Below are positions 17,226-25,744 of a DNA stretch of 64,000 nucleotides, one piece after another. The position numbers and the translations under genes were made by a program. This stretch comes from an uncultured virus (IMG/VR IMGVR_UViG_3300030388_001635). Taxonomy: Duplodnaviria; Heunggongvirae; Uroviricota; Caudoviricetes; Crassvirales. Under the pieces are notes generated by a model. That model was given only the letters and a program-made list of their open reading frames with translations. It ran no database searches and was not told where the DNA came from. The stretch lies in the IMG/VR virus record IMGVR_UViG_3300030388_001635. One strand, 5' to 3'. The first letter of the stretch is position 1. The number at the start of each line of letters is the position of its first letter.

Positions 17226-17277
17226 GCTGTAACAGAATATATTGTTCTGTCTGACGATTCCAAAAGGATGAAACAGC
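17226..17277 (+). ncRNA. Type III hammerhead ribozyme HH4 (predicted cleavage after GUA, 17231)
   Basis: GCTGT-A, stem I hairpin ACAGAATA-TAT-TGTTCTGT, CTGACGA, T-TCC-AAAA-GGA-T, GAA-ACAGC; stem III GCTGT/ACAGC is the open stem. Confidence 0.9.
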
Positions 17278-17294
17278 AAATTAAAAATAACATT

Positions 17295-17696
17295 ATGAAC
17301 ACACATGAATCAACTTTAAAAAAAACAAACCTGTGGGTAATCTTAGATGAAGAGAAGCTTTCGATAGTTAAGGGGAATGGACAGGCAATGAAGTTTAAAA
17401 CTGAGGAAGAGGCAGATAGATTCGCTAGCTCACACCTCCACCTTTGGATAGTAGTTAACATTAATTTCTTAGACAAATGGTGGAAGCATGAAGCAAGCCA
17501 TGACAAAGAGGGAAGATTATATGGACCATCAAAATATGATTTACCGATAGAGTTGGATGACCCTGAATTTACACCTCCATCTATTGAAGATACTTTAGAG
17601 TTAGTAGAAGAACAAGAGATGGAAGTTGGAAACGTAAAAGAATGGATAAGTGACGATGAGAGAGCTAAACGTAATCCTAATAAATTTAAAAAATAA
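17295..17696 (+). CDS. Early hypothetical protein (start revised to MNTHES...)
   Basis: The track start at 17268 lies inside HH4; the ATG at 17295 has the AAAAATAACATTATG context shared by its neighbours. Confidence 0.7.
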   Translation: MNTHESTLKKTNLWVILDEEKLSIVKGNGQAMKFKTEEEADRFASSHLHLWIVVNINFLDKWWKHEASHDKEGRLYGPSKYDLPIELDDPEFTPPSIEDTLELVEEQEMEVGNVKEWISDDERAKRNPNKFKK

Positions 17697-17706
17697 AACT
17701 TAATAA

Positions 17707-18222
17707 ATGAAAACAGAACAAATATATATAATTAATTATGTTGATAATTATGGTAATTCAGAGATAATGGGAGCTACTAATAATCCAAAAAAATGGATTA
17801 AAAAACGTAATGAAATCAGAGAGGATGAATATAAAGAAAAATTATCTGATTTTAAAATTACTAGGATTACGTTTAGTCCATTTAATTTTGATGAACTTCA
17901 TGCATTTGGATTACTAGGTACTCATAAAAAAGATAATGCATTTAAAGAATTATTTAAATTGTATGAATCTGTATCGGATGGAGCTGAAAAGTTAGAAGGC
18001 GAAAACGCCATGTTAACTAACCGAGTTGAGATGTATGAATTAAAGGTCGCTAAACTTAGACGTACAATAAGTACTACGATGAATAGCATAGAGATACCTA
18101 AGTGCTATGCAGAGGAAGGAGATGATACGTTTTATGACTATGAATTAATGCAAGAGCTATTTGACCAAGCAATGTGCGAGCTGAAAAACAAAGTCGCTAG
18201 ACTAACTAAAACAATTAAATAA
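17707..18222 (+). CDS. Hypothetical protein (171 aa)
   Basis: ORF track; tightly packed operon. Confidence 0.7.
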   Translation: MKTEQIYIINYVDNYGNSEIMGATNNPKKWIKKRNEIREDEYKEKLSDFKITRITFSPFNFDELHAFGLLGTHKKDNAFKELFKLYESVSDGAEKLEGENAMLTNRVEMYELKVAKLRRTISTTMNSIEIPKCYAEEGDDTFYDYELMQELFDQAMCELKNKVARLTKTIK

Positions 18223-18223
18223 A

Positions 18224-18562
18224 ATGGAAAACATAGATTTTATACAGATAATAAATGACCTTCGTAACTTACGAGACCAAACGCCATGTGATAAAGATTC
18301 ACATGGGCATTGTGGATGTGAACAGTTTGACGTCATCATTGATAAGCTTGATGAAAAGCAAACGCTAATGCACATGCATCATGAACATGTAGCCCTAATG
18401 AGTGGAATGAACTCAATGATTCTTAAAATTTCTTTCCTCATAGATATGGTAGAAGACAAAAAACATTCAGAAGATGATACATCTGAACACTACCTTTCTG
18501 ACGGAGAGACATTAGATATAGTAATTGATAAACTAAAATTAATAATAAATAAAAATAAATAA
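18224..18562 (+). CDS. Hypothetical protein (112 aa)
   Basis: ORF track; tightly packed operon. Confidence 0.7.
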   Translation: MENIDFIQIINDLRNLRDQTPCDKDSHGHCGCEQFDVIIDKLDEKQTLMHMHHEHVALMSGMNSMILKISFLIDMVEDKKHSEDDTSEHYLSDGETLDIVIDKLKLIINKNK

Positions 18563-18563
18563 T

Positions 18564-18746
18564 ATGGACGTAAAAGAATTAATTCAGAAATTAAAAAACC
18601 TTCCACAAGATTTACCTATTAGGATTATAAATATAGAAGAAGATTCTAATTTTATAAATGAATGGGTATATGAATTAGAGTGTTCAAAGACAGGGGAATC
18701 AGGTTTTGAACATTGTGGAGAAGTTAGATTACTAACCACAGAGTAA
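18564..18746 (+). CDS. Hypothetical protein (60 aa; MxVKELIxKLxxLPQD family)
   Basis: N-terminal motif common in small phage proteins. Confidence 0.7.
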   Translation: MDVKELIQKLKNLPQDLPIRIINIEEDSNFINEWVYELECSKTGESGFEHCGEVRLLTTE

Positions 18747-18747
18747 A

Positions 18748-18788
18748 GGATAGCATGGTGCAAGGGAAGTTCGATTCTTCCCTATCCA
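18748..18788 (+). ncRNA. tRNA-top-half-like element (acceptor-like stem plus T-arm, no anticodon arm)
   Basis: GGATAG/CTATCC outer stem stacked on GGAAG-TTCGATT-CTTCC; intergenic. Confidence 0.55.
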
Positions 18789-18820
18789 CGACATAAGTCA
18801 CATAAATAAAATTAAATAAA

Positions 18821-19093
18821 ATGGTAAAAGTAAAAATTAGTTTAAGACAAGTGTATTTCAAAACAACATCAGTTGAGATTGATATACCAAAAGACATCAC
18901 AACTTGGTACAGCGACATAGGTACTTATCTTAATGAAAATCCTGAGCTTTATGCAGACAAGGTTATGAAGAATTTAAAAGAGGAAGATTATGAAGAAGGC
19001 ATCGGTATGGAAACGGGAGCTTGGACAGATTCAGACATGGATGCAGAATGGCGTTTTGATTGCAAAGAACTAAAAACAGGAGGTCATGTCTAA
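18821..19093 (+). CDS. Hypothetical protein (90 aa)
   Basis: ORF track. Confidence 0.7.
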   Translation: MVKVKISLRQVYFKTTSVEIDIPKDITTWYSDIGTYLNENPELYADKVMKNLKEEDYEEGIGMETGAWTDSDMDAEWRFDCKELKTGGHV

Positions 19094-19322
19094 GCAATCT
19101 TTAAGTGAGTACCTAATCCAACAAGTGAAAGAGGTTAGGGAGATGAATGAGATACAGAAACGAGGTCTCATTGAAATGGAGGATTGGTTTAGAATTAGCA
19201 ATAGAACTGAAATAGATTCTAAACTAACTGAACTAATTCCGGAATATCGTAAGCCTAAAAGACATAAAAACGACATGACCAAGTATAAACTTAGCGAGTA
19301 TTATGTTAAGAGAAAATTGTAA
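19086..19322 (+). CDS. Hypothetical protein (78 aa)
   Basis: ORF track; overlaps the upstream stop. Confidence 0.6.
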   Translation: MSKQSLSEYLIQQVKEVREMNEIQKRGLIEMEDWFRISNRTEIDSKLTELIPEYRKPKRHKNDMTKYKLSEYYVKRKL

Positions 19323-19362
19323 TTGTCATTTGTTTTATCTAAATTTACACTAAACTTAAACT

Positions 19363-19545
19363 ATGTACATGAAAGAAATATTTAGATTGTATGAAAAATA
19401 CAAGAAAGAAACCAAGCATCTTAGTAAATTGTTGCAAGAAAAAGGATTGCAAACAAAAGAACCTGTCAAGAAAAATTGGGCAGAAATAGAAAAAAAATTA
19501 ATAGACGGGCATTGGTGGGTAAAATCCTCTGATGCATTAAAATAA
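19363..19545 (+). CDS. Hypothetical protein (60 aa)
   Basis: ORF track; possible variant promoter TTG-N20-TAAATTTA at 19317-19347. Confidence 0.6.
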   Translation: MYMKEIFRLYEKYKKETKHLSKLLQEKGLQTKEPVKKNWAEIEKKLIDGHWWVKSSDALK

Positions 19546-19551
19546 AAAAAT

Positions 19552-19950
19552 ATGAATATATTAGACCATGAAGTTTTAACTGAAAAATTACAAAAGAAAC
19601 CAAACAAATCGTACATCCAAAAGGTGCAGCAGTTTGAAGGGAACAAGACAATGTCTTTAAAAAAATTTCAAGCTACAGGCAGGAAAATGAAAAGGAAAAT
19701 TTATTCAGACAATTATTACAAACAAGACATCTCTCTTATTGATATGGGATTGCATTTAGAATTAGATGCAGAGACAATCCATAGATATGTTGGAGGTATG
19801 TTGCTACAGCAAATTGGTAAGAAATACTACACAAGATATTACAATTCTTATCATAGCTTTATACACAAGGAAGATGGTGAAGAATTTTTATATTCATTGA
19901 TATCTGAACACATTGTTTCTGCGTACAATAAACATCAAGAGAATCAATGA
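19552..19950 (+). CDS. Hypothetical protein (132 aa)
   Basis: ORF track. Confidence 0.7.
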   Translation: MNILDHEVLTEKLQKKPNKSYIQKVQQFEGNKTMSLKKFQATGRKMKRKIYSDNYYKQDISLIDMGLHLELDAETIHRYVGGMLLQQIGKKYYTRYYNSYHSFIHKEDGEEFLYSLISEHIVSAYNKHQENQ

Positions 19951-20228
19951 AGAAGTTAAATCCAAATCAAAAGAAAATTCAAGAAGTATCAAAGAGAGTA
20001 TGTGATATGCTGATAGAGAAAAATCAAGCTTATGGTAATTCAGCTCTTACTCCTGTCAATATCTTTTCAAAGGCTAATGCTATAGACGGATTGTCAGCAA
20101 GAATTGACGATAAGCTGTCAAGAATAAAGAACAGAGGAATCTCTGACAGAACGGAAGATACACTATTTGACTTATGTGGTTATTTTATTTTATTAATAAT
20201 TGCTCAAGAAAATTTGCACAAGAAATAA
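19947..20228 (+). CDS. DUF1599-like (nucleotide-modification-associated) protein
   Basis: EKNQAYGNSA...RIDDKLSRIKN...EDTLFDLCGYFIL motif. Confidence 0.7.
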   Translation: MKKLNPNQKKIQEVSKRVCDMLIEKNQAYGNSALTPVNIFSKANAIDGLSARIDDKLSRIKNRGISDRTEDTLFDLCGYFILLIIAQENLHKK

Positions 20229-20244
20229 ACAAACCTTATATTTG
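20213..20244 (+). promoter_or_regulatory. Consensus Bacteroidota promoter (TTTG-N20-TATATTTG)
   Basis: TTTG at 20213-20216 and TATATTTG at 20237-20244. Confidence 0.8.
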
Positions 20245-20261
20245 CTATTCATAATGTTAGC

Positions 20262-20356
20262 AAGAACAGACGGGTAATGACAATTTTGTCAACTCAAAAT
20301 AACGGGTGTTTAAGAGCATCCAATTAATTTATTATTGTTTACCCGTCTGTTTTTTT
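20262..20356 (+). ncRNA. Putative multibranch structured RNA / leader
   Basis: 13-bp perfect outer stem AACAGACGGGTAA/TTACCCGTCTGTT enclosing hairpins TGACA/TGTCA and GGGTGTT/AGCATCC, followed by a T-run. Confidence 0.55.
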
Positions 20357-20380
20357 AATCTACTTAAATAAAAAAATTCA

Positions 20381-20689
20381 ATGAGCTATAAAGCTGAAGT
20401 ATTCAATAAATATGCTGACCATGTTGCAGAGGCACACAACATCACAAAAGAAAGTTTATTTTCTAAATCAAAAGAAAGACCAATGGTAGATGCAAGGCAT
20501 ATGTTATATTACCTATGCAAGACAAGACCAATGAGAATTAGATTCATACAAGACTTTATGGGAGAACAAGGATATCCAATAAACCATTCTTCTATTATAC
20601 ATGGAATTAACTATGTAGAAAAAAACAAATTACAAGACAGAGATTTTGTAGCTATATGTAATAGGATTGAAGGATGTGTTATTCTATAG
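20381..20689 (+). CDS. DnaA C-terminal-like HTH protein
   Basis: ITKESLFSKSKERPMVDARHMLYYL...INHSSIIHGI resembles Bac_DnaA_C. Confidence 0.75.
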   Translation: MSYKAEVFNKYADHVAEAHNITKESLFSKSKERPMVDARHMLYYLCKTRPMRIRFIQDFMGEQGYPINHSSIIHGINYVEKNKLQDRDFVAICNRIEGCVIL

Positions 20690-21078
20690 AGGAAGTACTA
20701 CAACAAGCCATAACAGACCACTATACGTCATCATTAGATAATGAAGGATGTATAGCTAAAATATTATATGGAATTAGAATAGAGCAATCTAAAACGTCAG
20801 GAGCTATAACAATACACAACACAACTAAAGGAGGTGATTATTATACTCTAGTAAGTGATACACAAACAGAACTTTTCTTAAAAAAGGGATGGAGGTTTGG
20901 AGTATTTTCCTTAGCTTTGTCTAACTATCGTTCAAAACTAGATATCATAGAGAGAAAGATAAGAGAGGAAGTGAACTCTCGTAAGAATGCTAAACATATT
21001 CAAAGTTTAAAAACTAACAGACAAAGAATATTAAATAGGTTCGCCAAAGTTTCACTAAAATTAAATAAAATAAAATAG
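20674..21078 (+). CDS. Hypothetical protein (134 aa)
   Basis: ORF track. Confidence 0.65.
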   Translation: MCYSIEEVLQQAITDHYTSSLDNEGCIAKILYGIRIEQSKTSGAITIHNTTKGGDYYTLVSDTQTELFLKKGWRFGVFSLALSNYRSKLDIIERKIREEVNSRKNAKHIQSLKTNRQRILNRFAKVSLKLNKIK

Positions 21079-21086
21079 CACACACT

Positions 21087-21665
21087 ATGAAATTAAAAAC
21101 AATCAACATCAAAGGTAAAAGTTATGTTCAAGTAAACGAAAGGCTTAAACATTTCAGAGAAATTTATCAACACAAGTTTGGATTAACAACTGAAATTCTA
21201 GAAATGACTGAAAAAGTTATTTTAATAAAGGCAACTATTACCTGTCAAGAAACAGGATTTGTTGTAGCAGAAGGAACAGCAATGGAATCTAAAGATGCAG
21301 GCTTTATCAATAAAGACTCACATATTGAGAACTGCGAAACATCAGCATGGGGTAGAGCTTTAGGGAATTTTGGAATAGGGCTAGACTCAAGTGTATCTTC
21401 TTATGAAGAATCTGCTAATTGGAATAAGCAACAAGACTTACAAGCAATCAAGATTCCTAAACCAACAAATACTTTAAAAGTAGAGAAGCCATCTGCGTTA
21501 CCTCTTTTAATTACTAAAGATATAGAAGCATTCATTCTTCCTTTTTTAGTTAAGAATCAAAAGAAAGGAATTAAATGGTGTGGAACAGAATTAAGAAAAT
21601 TGTATATTATTGATGCAGAACAAACACAAATAATATCAAAGGAATATCATAAACTAACTAAGTAA
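21087..21665 (+). CDS. Putative single-strand annealing recombinase (Rad52/Sak-like)
   Basis: IKGKSYVQVNERL, AEGTAME and ENCETSAWGRAL motifs; adjacent to an exonuclease. Confidence 0.65.
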   Translation: MKLKTINIKGKSYVQVNERLKHFREIYQHKFGLTTEILEMTEKVILIKATITCQETGFVVAEGTAMESKDAGFINKDSHIENCETSAWGRALGNFGIGLDSSVSSYEESANWNKQQDLQAIKIPKPTNTLKVEKPSALPLLITKDIEAFILPFLVKNQKKGIKWCGTELRKLYIIDAEQTQIISKEYHKLTK

Positions 21666-22390
21666 TGGATATTATAGCAATGCTTAAGGATGACAATGAA
21701 TATTACAATGGGATAGGTCAAGACTATTTATCCAATTCTAATATAGGTCAGTTATTAAAACATCCTGCATTATTTCAAAAATCAGAACCTGACAATAAAA
21801 ATTTCATGGTAGGTAGATATTTTCATCAACTAATTTTAGAACCTGAGAAAGCTCTAGAATTTCCTATTGTAGATGCATCATCTAGAAACACTAAAATATA
21901 CAAAGAGAATTGTGTTGATGGTGTTCCTCGTTTATTACAAAGAGAAGCTGATGAAGTTTTAGAATGGGTAAAAATTATATTTAAAAACAAAGACTTTAAA
22001 TCTCTTATTAATCATGCAAACAATCATTACGAAGTGCCTGCAATTGGAAAGATATTTGGAGCTATGTGGAAAGGTAAAGCTGATATAGTAACTGATGATT
22101 ATGTTATAGACTTAAAGACTACAAGTGATTTGCAAAAATTTACAGGTTATTCTTCAAGAGCTTATAACTATGATTCTCAAGCTTACATCTATCAGACTTT
22201 ATTTGGTAAACCAATGGTGTTCTTAGTAATAGATAAGACAACTAAACTAACAGGACTATATGGAGTATCTGAGGAGGCGTTAGCTAATGGAGAAGACAAA
22301 GTAAAAAGAGCTGTTGAGGTGTTTAATACATTTTATGGCGATGAACCTACAAAAAAAATTCAAGACTATTATGACACAGGCAATATCTAA
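21665..22390 (+). CDS. RecE-like PD-(D/E)XK exonuclease (DUF3799-like)
   Basis: LSNS, GRYFHQLILEP, KGKAD, VIDLKTT and YNYDSQAYIY. Confidence 0.88.
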   Translation: MDIIAMLKDDNEYYNGIGQDYLSNSNIGQLLKHPALFQKSEPDNKNFMVGRYFHQLILEPEKALEFPIVDASSRNTKIYKENCVDGVPRLLQREADEVLEWVKIIFKNKDFKSLINHANNHYEVPAIGKIFGAMWKGKADIVTDDYVIDLKTTSDLQKFTGYSSRAYNYDSQAYIYQTLFGKPMVFLVIDKTTKLTGLYGVSEEALANGEDKVKRAVEVFNTFYGDEPTKKIQDYYDTGNI

Positions 22391-22559
22391 AATATTTTCA
22401 ACATATCGGAAACGTATGATAGACAAGTACGAATTCAGATATACAAAAAACCTATTCTTTTGGACTAAACTTCCAATGGTCGTAAAAGATAGGGAAGCGA
22501 AGGAAGAAATTATCCTCGCAACTATTCAACATTTGGAAGACAACATTAAAATTAATTAA
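22371..22559 (+). CDS. Hypothetical protein (start uncertain)
   Basis: In-frame ATG at 22371 overlapping the end of the exonuclease gene. Confidence 0.5.
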   Translation: MTQAISKIFSTYRKRMIDKYEFRYTKNLFFWTKLPMVVKDREAKEEIILATIQHLEDNIKIN

Positions 22560-22561
22560 TT

Positions 22562-22843
22562 ATGCAAGACAAAGAAAAGTACAAACACAAAGATGGTTCA
22601 GGTAGTTTATTTAAAAATAAATACAAAGATACCGAGACCAAACCTGATTACAAAGGAACATGCACAGACCCGAGTGGTAAAATTTGGGAACTAGCAGGAT
22701 GGGCAAGCAAAACAAATGAAGGTGAATCATACCTTAGTATTAAACTACAAGAGGTATATGTTAAGCCTGACGAAAGCTCTCCTAAAAGAGATGGAAGGAA
22801 TGAAGCTGCTCCTGTAACAAATGATACAGGATTACCTTTCTAA
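22562..22843 (+). CDS. Putative phage ssDNA-binding protein
   Basis: GSLFKN..K....PDYKG...LAGW....G..YLSI motif and a C-terminal LPF tail. Confidence 0.7.
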   Translation: MQDKEKYKHKDGSGSLFKNKYKDTETKPDYKGTCTDPSGKIWELAGWASKTNEGESYLSIKLQEVYVKPDESSPKRDGRNEAAPVTNDTGLPF

Positions 22844-22866
22844 CTTGTTGATTTTAAGGTTGAATT

Positions 22867-22890
22867 AAGGAGGATTTATCCTCCTTTTTT
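22867..22890 (+). terminator. Intrinsic terminator
   Basis: AAGGAGGA-TTTA-TCCTCCTT followed by a T-run. Confidence 0.85.
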
Positions 22891-22990
22891 CTGCTTTTTT
22901 CTGTGTTGAAATGCTAAAAATTTAGCTTTCTATAGAGCTATAAGATATATATATTAATTTATATTATTTTTTTTACTCTTATATGAATAT

Positions 22991-23062
22991 AAATACAACA
23001 TTTCCAACACTATGACTGATAATCAACTATTTATAAAAATTAAATCAACACAAAACCAACAT
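22991..23062. repeat. CAACA iteron-like block B upstream of the primase-helicase (possible origin)
   Basis: AAATACAACATTTCCAACAC ... AAATCAACACAAAACCAACAT; AT-rich; inverted TGTTG copies at about 22846 and 22904. Confidence 0.6.
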
Positions 23063-23066
23063 AATT

Positions 23067-25487
23067 ATGACACATAAGGTAACAATCTTTAAAAATATTA
23101 AAGAAACCATAACTCCGTATCATGTAGAGCTAGATATAATACTCAATAGAATAAAAGATGGTTCAGATTCAAAAGTATTGGTACAGAAGATTAGAAAGGA
23201 GAAAAAGAAATCACAAAGAAACGAACTAAAGAAACAATTGCCTGCAATATGTTTCTCAGGTACATTTAACAAAAGAGCTGATAACTCTTTAATTGTACAC
23301 AGCGGAATCATCTGTCTTGACTTTGATGGTTACCCTAACTTTAAAGTATTAATGGAAGACAAGGAATCTATAAGCAATAATAAGTATGTTTATTCTGTGT
23401 TTGTATCACCATCAGGAAATGGATTAAAAGTTTTGGTAAAGATTCCACAGGATAGTGAAAATCATACAAAGTATTTTAATTCATTAGAAAACTATTTCAA
23501 TTCAGAATATTTTGACAAAACATCTAAAAATATAAGTAGAGTGTGTTATGAATCATTTGACCCAATTATTCATATAAATAAGAAATCTAGCATTTGGGAC
23601 AAGATAGAAGAGGAAGAGTATATTGAGGTTAGTAAACATAAAGACCCTTTAACAATACCAATTACAGATGAAAATAAAATTGTAGATATCCTGTTAAAAT
23701 GGTGGACAAAAAAGTTTCCAATGACAGATGGTCAAAGAAATCAAAACACATACGTTCTCGCCTCAGCTTTAAATGATTATGGAATTAATCAAAGTTTAGC
23801 ATCATATGTGTTAGGTCAATTTAGCAGTAAAGATTTTACAACTAATGAGATTGAAAGAACAATTAAATCAGCTTATGCTCATTCGCAAAACTTTGGAACA
23901 AAATACTATGAAGATGAGGAGAGAGTAAACCAAGTAAAGGGAAAGTTAAGAAGAGGAGTTTCTAAAAAAGAAATTAGAAATCAGTTAGAAGAAACAAAAT
24001 TAGATAAACAAATAATTGATTCAGTATTAAATAAAGCTGAAGAATCTAACAACAATCAGACTTTTTGGATTAAAAACGATAAGGGAACTATTAAAATAGT
24101 GCATGTTTTATTTAAAGAATACCTAGAAGATAATGGATTCTATAAATTTTGTCCTGAAGGTAGTAAGAACTATGTTTTTGTAAGAGTACAAAACAATCTA
24201 ATAGACCATACTACTGAAAAAGATATTAAAGATTTCATATTAAGTGGTCTTCTTACTATAGATGATTTAACTATATATAACTACTTCGCAGACAACACAA
24301 GATTTTTTAAAGATGAATTCTTAACTCTACTATCCTCTGTTAATATTTACTTTATTGCAGACAGCAAAAATACATCCTACTTATACTACAGGAATTGTGC
24401 TGTAAAAATTGAAAAAAACTCTTTAACTCTTATAGATTATATTGACTTAGGAGGATTCGTTTGGAAAGACCATGTGATTGACAGAGATTTTCATGAATGT
24501 AGCGTTAACGAATTTGACTATAAAGTTTTTATAAAAAATATATGCGCAAACAATGAAAGTAGAGTAAAATCTATGGAATCAACAATTGGATTCTTAATGC
24601 ATGGTTGGAAAAATTTATCTTATTGTCCTGCTGTTATTCTTAATGATGAGGTAATATCAGACAATCCTGAAGGAGGAACAGGTAAAGGTTTGTTTATGAA
24701 TGCATTAGGTCATATGAAAAAATGCGTTACAATAGATGGTAAAAGTTTTAATTTTGACAGAACGTTTGCATATCAACTTGTGAGTGCTGATACACAGATT
24801 TTATGTTTTGATGATGTAAAAAAATATTTTGACTTTGAAAGACTCTTTAGTGTGATAACGGAAGGATTAATTTTAGAGAAGAAAAACAAGGACTCAATCA
24901 AGATTCCTTTTACTAAATCACCAAAAATAGCCATTACAACTAATTACGCTATTAAGGGCGCAGGTAATTCTTTTGCTCGTAGAAAGTGGGAGCTAGAGCT
25001 TCATCAGTACTATAACAAAGCTTTTACTCCTTATGATGAATTTGATAAACTTATGTTTGGTGATTGGGATGACGAAATGTGGTGTGAATTTGATAACTAT
25101 ATGATACAATGTTTACAGCTTTATCTTGACAAAGGACTAATACAATCAGTATTTGTTAATCTAAAAGTAAGACAGCTATCTGCCGAAACTTCTCATGACT
25201 TTATTGAATGGTGTGGACTAATCACAGGACATCAGCCTAATGATTTACTAAAAAGAGGCATAAAGCTTTGGAAACAAGACCTTTACTTTAATTTTATAGA
25301 AGAAAATCCTGACTATGGACCAAAAGCTAAAATGACTATATCAAGAACTAGATTTTACAAATGGCTTTCAGCTTACGGAATGTTTAAAGAAGGTGTTTTA
25401 CCTGAAGAAGGCAGAGATGCACAAGGCAAGTGGATAAGATTTAGAAACAAACATGATATTGAATACAACTCTAAATTAGAAATATAA
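23067..25487 (+). CDS. Primase-helicase (BT4734/VirE-N primase, PriCT and SF3-like helicase)
   Basis: KKQLPAICFSGTF, HSGIICLDFD, FVSPSGNGLKV, GQRN, Walker A GGTGKG, Walker B LCFDD and ITTNY. Confidence 0.9.
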   Translation: MTHKVTIFKNIKETITPYHVELDIILNRIKDGSDSKVLVQKIRKEKKKSQRNELKKQLPAICFSGTFNKRADNSLIVHSGIICLDFDGYPNFKVLMEDKESISNNKYVYSVFVSPSGNGLKVLVKIPQDSENHTKYFNSLENYFNSEYFDKTSKNISRVCYESFDPIIHINKKSSIWDKIEEEEYIEVSKHKDPLTIPITDENKIVDILLKWWTKKFPMTDGQRNQNTYVLASALNDYGINQSLASYVLGQFSSKDFTTNEIERTIKSAYAHSQNFGTKYYEDEERVNQVKGKLRRGVSKKEIRNQLEETKLDKQIIDSVLNKAEESNNNQTFWIKNDKGTIKIVHVLFKEYLEDNGFYKFCPEGSKNYVFVRVQNNLIDHTTEKDIKDFILSGLLTIDDLTIYNYFADNTRFFKDEFLTLLSSVNIYFIADSKNTSYLYYRNCAVKIEKNSLTLIDYIDLGGFVWKDHVIDRDFHECSVNEFDYKVFIKNICANNESRVKSMESTIGFLMHGWKNLSYCPAVILNDEVISDNPEGGTGKGLFMNALGHMKKCVTIDGKSFNFDRTFAYQLVSADTQILCFDDVKKYFDFERLFSVITEGLILEKKNKDSIKIPFTKSPKIAITTNYAIKGAGNSFARRKWELELHQYYNKAFTPYDEFDKLMFGDWDDEMWCEFDNYMIQCLQLYLDKGLIQSVFVNLKVRQLSAETSHDFIEWCGLITGHQPNDLLKRGIKLWKQDLYFNFIEENPDYGPKAKMTISRTRFYKWLSAYGMFKEGVLPEEGRDAQGKWIRFRNKHDIEYNSKLEI

Positions 25488-25744
25488 TGAGCAAGACTTC
25501 AGATGATGATATGGTGTATTACGCCATGATAAATTCTTACAACATTATCATAGAAGAACATCTTGGAGATGATTTAATTGGAGTAGATAAAGGTTGGTTT
25601 GTACATGACTATCACGACCCTATCAATAAAAAAACTTTAATAAACATGTTAGATTATTTTGTTGAAATTGAGCATTACGAAAAATGTCATAAAATTAATG
25701 AAGTATTAAGAAATTGGGACAAAAATAAATTTAGAAAAATATGA
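25487..25744 (+). CDS. Hypothetical protein (85 aa)
   Basis: YF...E.YEKC motif; translationally coupled to the primase gene. Confidence 0.7.
   Translation: MSKTSDDDMVYYAMINSYNIIIEEHLGDDLIGVDKGWFVHDYHDPINKKTLINMLDYFVEIEHYEKCHKINEVLRNWDKNKFRKI

Noticed and set aside
17268..17294. ORF-track start MKQQIKNNI
   Set aside because: The ATG lies within the HH4 core (GGATGAAAC); the ATG at 17295 has the typical leader.
18748..18791. Functional tRNA gene
   Set aside because: Only about 41 nt, with no anticodon arm, no proper D-arm and no CCA.
22767..22778. Other CTGA(C/T)GA matches (e.g. 22767, 11890, 21949) as additional hammerheads
   Set aside because: They lie inside coding regions, and I saw no flanking stems or correctly placed GAAA/NUH.
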